DNA of 64,000 bases from an uncultured Gemmatimonadales bacterium. Its GTDB lineage: Bacteria; Gemmatimonadota; Gemmatimonadetes; Gemmatimonadales; GWC2-71-9. Under the pieces are notes generated by a model. It was given only the letters and a program-made list of their open reading frames with translations, had not been told where the DNA came from and did not search any database. Made by a program: the position numbers and the translations under genes. The stretch lies in NCBI GenBank assembly GCA_963723565.1, contig CAVRRH010000007.1, positions 92,329 to 156,328 on the forward strand. The letters are read 5' to 3'. This document shows, piece after piece, positions 57,692-64,000 of the stretch; positions within the stretch are counted from its first letter, which is position 1; every line of letters begins with the position of its first letter.

Positions 57692-59021
57692 TTAATCCTC
57701 GACGTAGTACTCGAGATCGAGATGGGTGATCTGCGTCTCGCCCATCAGATACCGGAGCGTGTTCTTGAGCTTGGTCTGCTGAATGAAGAGGTCGTGCTCC
57801 GGGTAGAGGCCGGGTGCCGTTTGGGGGCTCTTGAAGTAGAAGGAGAGCCACTCCTGGATCCCGCTCAGACCGGCGCGCTGCGAGAGGTCGAAGAACAGAG
57901 CCAGGTCGAGCACCAGGGGAGCGGCGAGAATGGAGTCACGACAGAGGAAGTCCACCTTGATCTGCATCGGGTAACCGAGCCACCCGAAGATGTCGATGTT
58001 ATCCCAGCCTTCCTTGTTGTCGCCTCGGGGCGGATAGTAGTTGATCCGCACCTTGTGATACATCTTGCCGTAGAGCTCGGGATAGAGTTGGGGCTGAAGG
58101 ATGTACTCCAGCACCCCGAGCTTCGACTCCTCCTTGGTCTTGAAGCTCTCGGGATCGTCCAGCACCTCGCCATCACGGTTCCCCAGAATGTTGGTCGAGT
58201 ACCAGCCCGCCACCCCCAGCATTCGCGCCTTGAACATCGGCGCCAGGACGGTCTTGACCATGGTCTGGCCGGTCTTGAAATCCTTACCGCCGATTGCGAC
58301 GCCTTTGCTCTTGGCGAGCTGCTCCATGGCGGGGAAGTCGCAGGTGAGGTTCGGTGCGCCGTTGGCGAACGGTACACCTTCCATGATGGCGGCGTAGGCG
58401 TAGAGCATCGACGGCGCGATCGTCGGATCGTTCGCGTCCATCGCCTTTTCGAATGCTTCGAGGGTCCAGTGGCTGGGTCCGGGGCTGATGAAGATCTCGG
58501 TCGACGCGCACCAGACCATCACCAGGCGGTCGCACTTCTGTTTGGTCTTGAACTGCTTGATGTCCTTGCGGAGCGCCTCGGCTAGCTCGCGCTTGCCGCT
58601 GCCCGGCTTGACGTTCTTGCCTTCGAGCCGCTTGACGTAGCTCTGGTCGAACACCGCCGGCATCGGCTTGATGGCCTTGAGAAAAGCGGCGATGGGTTCG
58701 AGGTGTTCGTGGCGATCCAACACCCCCGCCCGCACGGCGGCGGTGTAGGCGTCATCAGGAATCGGGTCCCAGGCGCCGAATACCAGGTCCTCGAGGGAGG
58801 CCAGCGAGACGAAGTCGCGGATCAGGGGAGCGCGCCTCTCGGTACGCTTGCCCGAGCCGGATAGTACCCATCTGTGTGATCGATCCGATCGGCCGTGCCG
58901 CCCCGCGGCGGATGTTCTCCACGCCGGCGATGAACGTCGTAGCTACCGCACCCAGCCCCACACACAGCACCCCGAGCTTCCCCTGAGCCGGCGCGATCTG
59001 CCGGGCGTTCTTTTCCGCCAC
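57692..59021 (-). CDS. ino1: myo-Inositol-1-phosphate synthase; two frame breaks near the 5' end
   Basis: MAEKNARQIAPAQGKLGVLCVGLGAVATTFIAG, NGAPNL, GKDFKTGQT, GWYSTNILGNRDG, INYYPPRGDNKEGWDNIDI. Confidence 0.9.
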
Positions 59022-59023
59022 TT

Positions 59024-59740
59024 CTAAGGTCCTTTCGCGAGAGAATCGAATGAGGCATGCTTCCTCTCCGCGGTGTGCTTCACCTCCGCGGCCTGCCTGA
59101 TTTCCTCAACTCGGAGCGCTTGATCGACACGGCCCGCGTGCCGGTGGACATACACGAACCGCTGCACCACCGTGATCACCGATGCGATGGCCAGCAGCGC
59201 AACGATCGCCTCGAGCAGGAGCGCGTCGGGTCCTGCCCCGAACACCACCGAGGCCACCCCCAGACCCAGAATTCGCTCGGCGCGCTGCGCAATACCGACC
59301 TTGCAGTCGAGCCCCAGTCCTTCAGCCCGCGCCCGGGCATACGAGACCAGGAGCGAGCTGAGGATTGCCACCATGCACACGATGACCGCCGGAGTCCGGA
59401 AGGCCACGTCGGGCGCGGTCATCAGGAACGCCCCGATTCCGATGAAGGTGGCGCCGTCTCCCACCCGGTCCAGCGTGGAGTCGTAGAAGGCTCCGAACCT
59501 GGTCACCATCGCTCCGCCGCGAGCCACTTGTCCGTCCAGGGTGTCGGCCACACCGCTCAGCAGCAGCAGCGCTCCACCGAGCCGGATGTGACCGGTGGCG
59601 TATGCAACGGCGGAGACGAGCACGAGTCCCGTCCCGACTGTCGTGATGGTGTTTGGCCGCACTCCAGCCCGGATCAGACGTTCCACCAACGGGTTAACGG
59701 TGGTGTAGAACGGCTTCTCCAGCGCACCCAGCAGCTTCAC
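59024..59740 (-). CDS. CDP-alcohol phosphatidyltransferase, likely phosphatidylinositol-phosphate synthase
   Basis: Motif DTLDGQVAR...G...DSTLDRVGD (DxxDGxxAR..G...DxxxD), about 6 TM segments, directly upstream of ino1. Confidence 0.8.
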   Translation of the reverse strand: MKLLGALEKPFYTTVNPLVERLIRAGVRPNTITTVGTGLVLVSAVAYATGHIRLGGALLLLSGVADTLDGQVARGGAMVTRFGAFYDSTLDRVGDGATFIGIGAFLMTAPDVAFRTPAVIVCMVAILSSLLVSYARARAEGLGLDCKVGIAQRAERILGLGVASVVFGAGPDALLLEAIVALLAIASVITVVQRFVYVHRHAGRVDQALRVEEIRQAAEVKHTAERKHASFDSLAKGP

Positions 59741-59872
59741 TGTGGTATAAGTCCTCAGCAGGGGGGCTCAGGCAGAATTCACCTCCGGTGACCCGTCGAT
59801 CGCCGGCGAAAGGATAACCGGCGAAACCGCTTAGGGCAATCGGATCGCGAGGCCGGCCGGAATGCTTTTGGC

Positions 59873-61111
59873 TCATTCGGGATACAAGAGAAACGCCCGC
59901 CGACGCTCCCGGAAGCGTTTCAGCTCCTCCCGCCATCGTACCGCGACGGCCGATACCGGCTCGTCGCCCTCGATAGCGGCTCGGAGCTCAGGGCCGCCCG
60001 CCAGGCGGTCAAACTGCCCGGGGCGAAAAGTAAATGCCGCCGGGTGAGCCTTTCTGAGAGCCGCGAGCAGGTGGACGGCTGTCACGGTAGGATCGTACGC
60101 ACCGCGATCGGTGGTGGTTAAGCGAATTCCTGCCACCAGCGTATCAGGGTATTTTCCGTCGCCCGGTGAGGCTGGCGTGAACAGCGTCCCGCTGAATCTC
60201 ACTCCTGGAGGCGCCGTGCGGCGCAGCGTGGCCAGCACCGCGGCTGTGTCCAGCCAGGGCGCTCCGATCTGCTCGAATGGCGCCTCGCTTCCCCGTCCCA
60301 CGGAAAGATTGGTTCCCTCGAACAGGCAAAGGCCGGGATAATGGTAGAGACTCTCGAGGGTGCGTAGATTCAGGCTGGGCGGAACGAAGGGAAGGCCGGT
60401 CGCATCGAAGGCCATAGAGCGGCGCCAGCCGTGCAGCGGCACGACGTGAAGGTCGGCCCCCAGGCCCAGTGTCGCATTGGCAAGCCGAGCCAGCTCGCCG
60501 ATAGTCATTCCATGCCTCATGGCGATCGGGAACCGCGCGACTGCCGAGGCGGTAACGCTGTCCTGAACATCCCCCTGCACCGCACCTCCTATCGGATTGG
60601 GCCGATCGAGCACCACCACCGGAAGGCGCCCGGCTGCGGCTGCCATGATCGTCGCAACGGCAGCCGGATAGGTGTAATAGCGGGCCCCGGCATCCTGGAG
60701 GTCTACCAGGAGCACATCCACTTGCTGGAGCATCGCGGCGGTGGGCGGGTGGAGCCGTATGCCATCGTGAAGCAGGTAGACCGGTGTACCGGTGGCGGAG
60801 TCCTTTTCCTGCCGGGTATCCGGCGCGACGTCTACGTCGATGTTACCCCGCAGGCCGTGCTCGGGCGCGAAAACTGCGGTCACCCGAAGCCCCGCGCCAA
60901 CCAACCGGTCCAGATCGCGCCGGCCCTTGGCGTCGACGCCCGACTGATTGGTCACCAGACCGATACGGCGGTTACGGACCAGGCTTAGACTGTCGGTGAG
61001 AAGGACCTCGATCCCGGGGCGCACCTGGGCCGGCGCGGCTCCGGTCCTGGGTCGAGCCGCGCAGCCCATGCAGCATCCCCACAGTCCCAGCAAAAAGAGA
61101 GATCTGTGCAC
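59873..61111 (-). CDS. DUF1343 family protein (NamZ-like exo-beta-N-acetylmuramidase), lipoprotein
   Basis: RIGLVTNQSGVD, FAPEHG, DLQDAGARYYTY, VLDRPNP, FPIAMRHGMTIGELA. Lipobox LLGLWGCC after the GTG at 61111. The ORF-track start at 61357 is too far upstream. Confidence 0.8.
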   Translation of the reverse strand: MHRSLFLLGLWGCCMGCAARPRTGAAPAQVRPGIEVLLTDSLSLVRNRRIGLVTNQSGVDAKGRRDLDRLVGAGLRVTAVFAPEHGLRGNIDVDVAPDTRQEKDSATGTPVYLLHDGIRLHPPTAAMLQQVDVLLVDLQDAGARYYTYPAAVATIMAAAAGRLPVVVLDRPNPIGGAVQGDVQDSVTASAVARFPIAMRHGMTIGELARLANATLGLGADLHVVPLHGWRRSMAFDATGLPFVPPSLNLRTLESLYHYPGLCLFEGTNLSVGRGSEAPFEQIGAPWLDTAAVLATLRRTAPPGVRFSGTLFTPASPGDGKYPDTLVAGIRLTTTDRGAYDPTVTAVHLLAALRKAHPAAFTFRPGQFDRLAGGPELRAAIEGDEPVSAVAVRWREELKRFRERRRAFLLYPE

Positions 61112-62853
61112 GTCAAGCACCTCGCGCTTCTGACGGTTTCGTTGTGGGCTTGCGGCCCCTCGACCCAGGCACCGACGCCGCAGCCTTCGCAGTTTCCGCC
61201 GAGGGAAGAGCCTACGGTGGACCTGGACGCCCTTCTCGCGGACCTTTCGCCGCGCGACAAGATCGCCCAGCTGGTCGTTCCCTGGATTGCGGGGACCTAC
61301 ACCTCCTTCGACGACGATGCCTTCCGGCGGATGCAGGAGTGGGTGGATTCGCTCCACATTGGCGGGTTGCTCGTCTCCGTCGGCTCCCCGCTGGACGAGG
61401 CGGCCAAGCTCAACCGGCTTCAGCAGCGGTCCCGCCTGCCACTGCTGATCGCATCCGATCTCGAGGCAGGCACCTCAATCCGCTTGAACGGCGGCACACC
61501 GTTTCCCCCCAATATGGGCGTTGCGGCCACCGGCAGCGACTCGGACGCCTACGAGCTGGGACGGATTACGGCACTCGAAGGTCGCGCAGTAGGGCATTCA
61601 CCTCGCCTTTGCACCCGTAGCGGACGTCAACAACAATCCCGCCAACCCGATCATCAACACCCGTTCCTTTGGCGAGGACCCGCAGGCGGTGGGCCGTCTG
61701 GTGGCAGCGGAGATCCGCGGCATCCAGGAACATGGCATGCTGGCGGGAGCCAAACACTTCCCCGGCCATGGCGACACCGGGACCGACTCGCACATCACGC
61801 TTGCGGTCAGCAATGCCGACTGGGCCCGGCTCGATTCGGTCGAGCTGGTGCCATTCCGAAGCGCCATCGCTGCCGGAGTGTCGTCCATCATGTCTGCTCA
61901 CATCGCCATGCCAGGCATCGATGGAGGGCAGCTGCGGCCCGGTAACGGTGGTGCCCAGCATCCTCACCGGAATCCTGCGCGACTCGCTGGGCTTCAAAGG
62001 GTTGGTGGTCACCGATGCACTCAACATGGGCGGCGTGGCCAACACCTATGGTGCGGAGGCCGGAGTGCGCGCTTTTATTGCGGGCGCCGACCTTCTCCTT
62101 CAGCCGGCCGATCCGAGAACAGCCATCAATGCAATGGCCGCAGCGGTAGCCCGGGGCGAGATCTCCCAGGAACGACTGAACCGTTCGGTGCGCCGAGTGC
62201 TGGAGCTGAAGCGCCGGCTCGGTCTGTTCCAGCGGCGCACCGTTCCGCTGGACAGCATCCCTTCGATAGTGGGCCGGGCAGAGTTTCAGAACACGGCCCG
62301 CAGCATGGCCGCACGCTCGATCGTCATGGTGAAGGACGTAGGCGGCACGGTGCACGGGCTCAGGCGCGCGCGACCGGCGCTCACGCTCATCACCTATGGT
62401 GAGGAGGACAACCGATCGCTCGGCAACACCCTTGCGGGCGAGCTCCGGGCGCGGGGTCACTCTGTTGTCGTCTTCAAGCTCTGGCCCGCCAGCGGACCAG
62501 CCAGCTACGATTCCGCCACGGTGGCAATCGCGCGGAACGGGGTGACCCTCTTCGCCGTCTCCGATAAGCCGGTGCCCTGGCGGGGGACGATCGGGCTCCC
62601 CGAGCCGATGATGGATCTGATCGATTCAACCGCTCGCGCCGGGCCCACCATTCTGGTGTCGCTGGGAAATCCCTACTTGATCTCGGCCCTTCCCGAGGTG
62701 GGATCCTACCTGATCGGTTGGCGCGCCAATGTGGTAACCGAGCAAGCGGTCGCGCGGGCGCTGGCCGGCGAGACCGCAATCACGGGCCGGCTGCCGATCT
62801 CGATCCCGCCCGGCTACCGCCGCGGGTGGGGCGTGCAGCGGCGAGTGCGGTGA
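61106..62853 (+). CDS. Glycoside hydrolase family 3 (NagZ-like beta-N-acetylhexosaminidase), lipoprotein; two frame breaks (61592..61595, 61938..61940)
   Basis: MHVKHLALLTVSLWACG, IASDLEAG, FAPVADVNNNPANPIINTRSFGEDP, KHFPGHGDTGTDSH, VVTDALNMGG. Confidence 0.85.
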
Positions 62854-64000
62854 GCCGGGCCTGGGCCCCCCTCATGATGGTCGCCGTGGGCTGCGCACCC
62901 CGCATCGATTCCCGTATCCCCTCGGCTATGACCGTGCTGAAGACCAATTGGACCCCGGTGACGACGTTCCTCGATTCCGTGGTGTCGGCCGGGGCCGCTC
63001 CCGGCGCGGTGCTCGGCGTGAGCGTGGCAGGGCAGCGCTACGTCTACGCCAGCGGCCGGTTGACCCGGGACGAGCCGGAGCAAGCCGAGCCGACTACGGT
63101 CTACGATCTTGCATCGCTTACCAAGGTCGTCGGCCTCACCACCGCGGTGATGCTGGCCGTAGATGATGGCAGACTCGAGCTCGACGCGCCGGTCCAGCAG
63201 TACCTGTCCGCATTCGAAGGTGAGGGGAAGGAGCGGGTGACCATCCGGCTGCTTCTGGCACACGCAAGCGGCCTGCCCCCTTGGCGGCCTCTGTTCCGAG
63301 AGACGGAAACGCGGGAGGAGGCCTTCGCCCTGGCCGACACCACTGCTCTGAGCTCGCCGCCGGGAACGACGGACGTTTACTCCGATCTCGGCATGATCGT
63401 CCTGACTCAGGCGGTGGAAGCGGCGTACCACGAACGGCTCGACTCTCTGCTCGCCCGCCGGATTTTTCAGCCGCTCGGCATGACCTCAGTCGGGTTCCTG
63501 CCAACCGCCGAGCGTGCTCGGATCGCCCCAACGGAGCTCGACCCGTGGAGGGGCCGGGTGCTGAGAGGCGAGGTGCACGATGAGAACGCCGCGCGACTGG
63601 ACGGTGTGTCGGGGCACGCCGGGCTCTTTGGATCGGCGCCGGATCTGTTGACGTTTGCCGAGTGGCTGCTGGAAGGATGGAACGAGGGACGGATGGAACG
63701 AGGGACGGCAACAGCCCCTCTTCCCTCGTTCCCTCGTTCCCCCGTTCCTTCGTTCAGGACTTCACCCGCCGCCAGAATCTCATCCCCGGCTCCCATCGCG
63801 CATTGGGCTGGGACACGCCCTCTCCCGGCAGCAGCGCCGGGGACTTGCTTTCACCCCAGAGCATCGGCCACACCGGCTTCACCGGCACCTCTCTCTGGAT
63901 CGATCCCGAGCGTCGGCTCGCGATCGTCCTGCTCAGCAATCGAGTGAACCCCACCCGCGACAACTCCGCGTGGGCGGGGGTGCGCGCGAGAATCGCAGAT
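62850..64000 (+). CDS. Serine hydrolase, beta-lactamase/PBP4*-like family (SxxK); interrupted by repeat D with a frame change; runs off the window
   Basis: [11 protein letters not shown] (SxxK), YSDLG, HDENA. After the repeat, in another frame: [25 protein letters not shown]...[30 protein letters not shown]. Confidence 0.82.
63675..63754. repeat. Tandem-unit inverted-repeat element D inside the serine hydrolase CDS: 16-mer GGATGGAACGAGGGAC x2, spacer GGCAACAGCCCCTCTT, octamers CCCTCGTT-type x4
   Basis: Read directly: ggatggaacgagggacggatggaacgagggacggcaacagcccctcttccctcgttccctcgttcccccgttccttcgtt. AACGAGGG is the exact reverse complement of CCCTCGTT. Confidence 0.85.

Overview
GC-rich (roughly 68-70% by eye) chromosomal segment of a diderm bacterium (BamD, many lipobox proteins, H+-PPase). 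The lineage cannot be fixed from the sequence alone. I count about 66 protein genes and one tRNA-Leu(CAG). All but six genes are on the minus strand, and most are packed with ATGA/GTGA stop-start overlaps.

Content is core housekeeping:
- t6A genes rimI-tsaB-tsaE, uvrB, rel, radC, secA, nadD, bamD
- a surface-sugar block (UDP-GlcA epimerase, ugd, WbpA/E/D-like), murB, carB, rmd/gmd
- rpmB and the alpha ribosomal operon rpmJ-rpsM-rpsK-rpsD-rpoA-rplQ, pyrF/pyrD, an Amidase_3, smpB
- a CysO-type sulfur-carrier cysteine operon (Rrf2-cysM-JAMM-cysO-moeZ), aspA, GT4, trxB, SDRs, Bcp
- 2-oxoacid dehydrogenase E1ab/E2, an amidase, hppA, ino1 plus a CDP-alcohol transferase
- a NamZ/GH3/serine-hydrolase trio that looks like peptidoglycan recycling

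I found no transposase, integrase, phage, CRISPR, toxin-antitoxin or recognisable defence genes.

Four things stand out:
1. An in-frame TGA sits exactly at the catalytic Cys of the Bcp peroxiredoxin and is followed by a SECIS-like hairpin. This is a candidate selenoprotein.
2. At least nine loci share an unusual architecture: tandem 7-9 nt units facing tandem copies of their reverse complement. The unit sequence differs at every locus. Three of them lie inside CDSs.
3. A CysO-like beta-grasp domain ending in GG is fused in frame to an E1-like/rhodanese MoeZ, next to a JAMM protease.
4. About 27 genes, including essential ones, are frame-broken. Every break I could resolve by eye is a +1 single-base insertion, and the breaks cluster in blocks. 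I read this as assembly error rather than biology, so all coordinates of broken genes are approximate.
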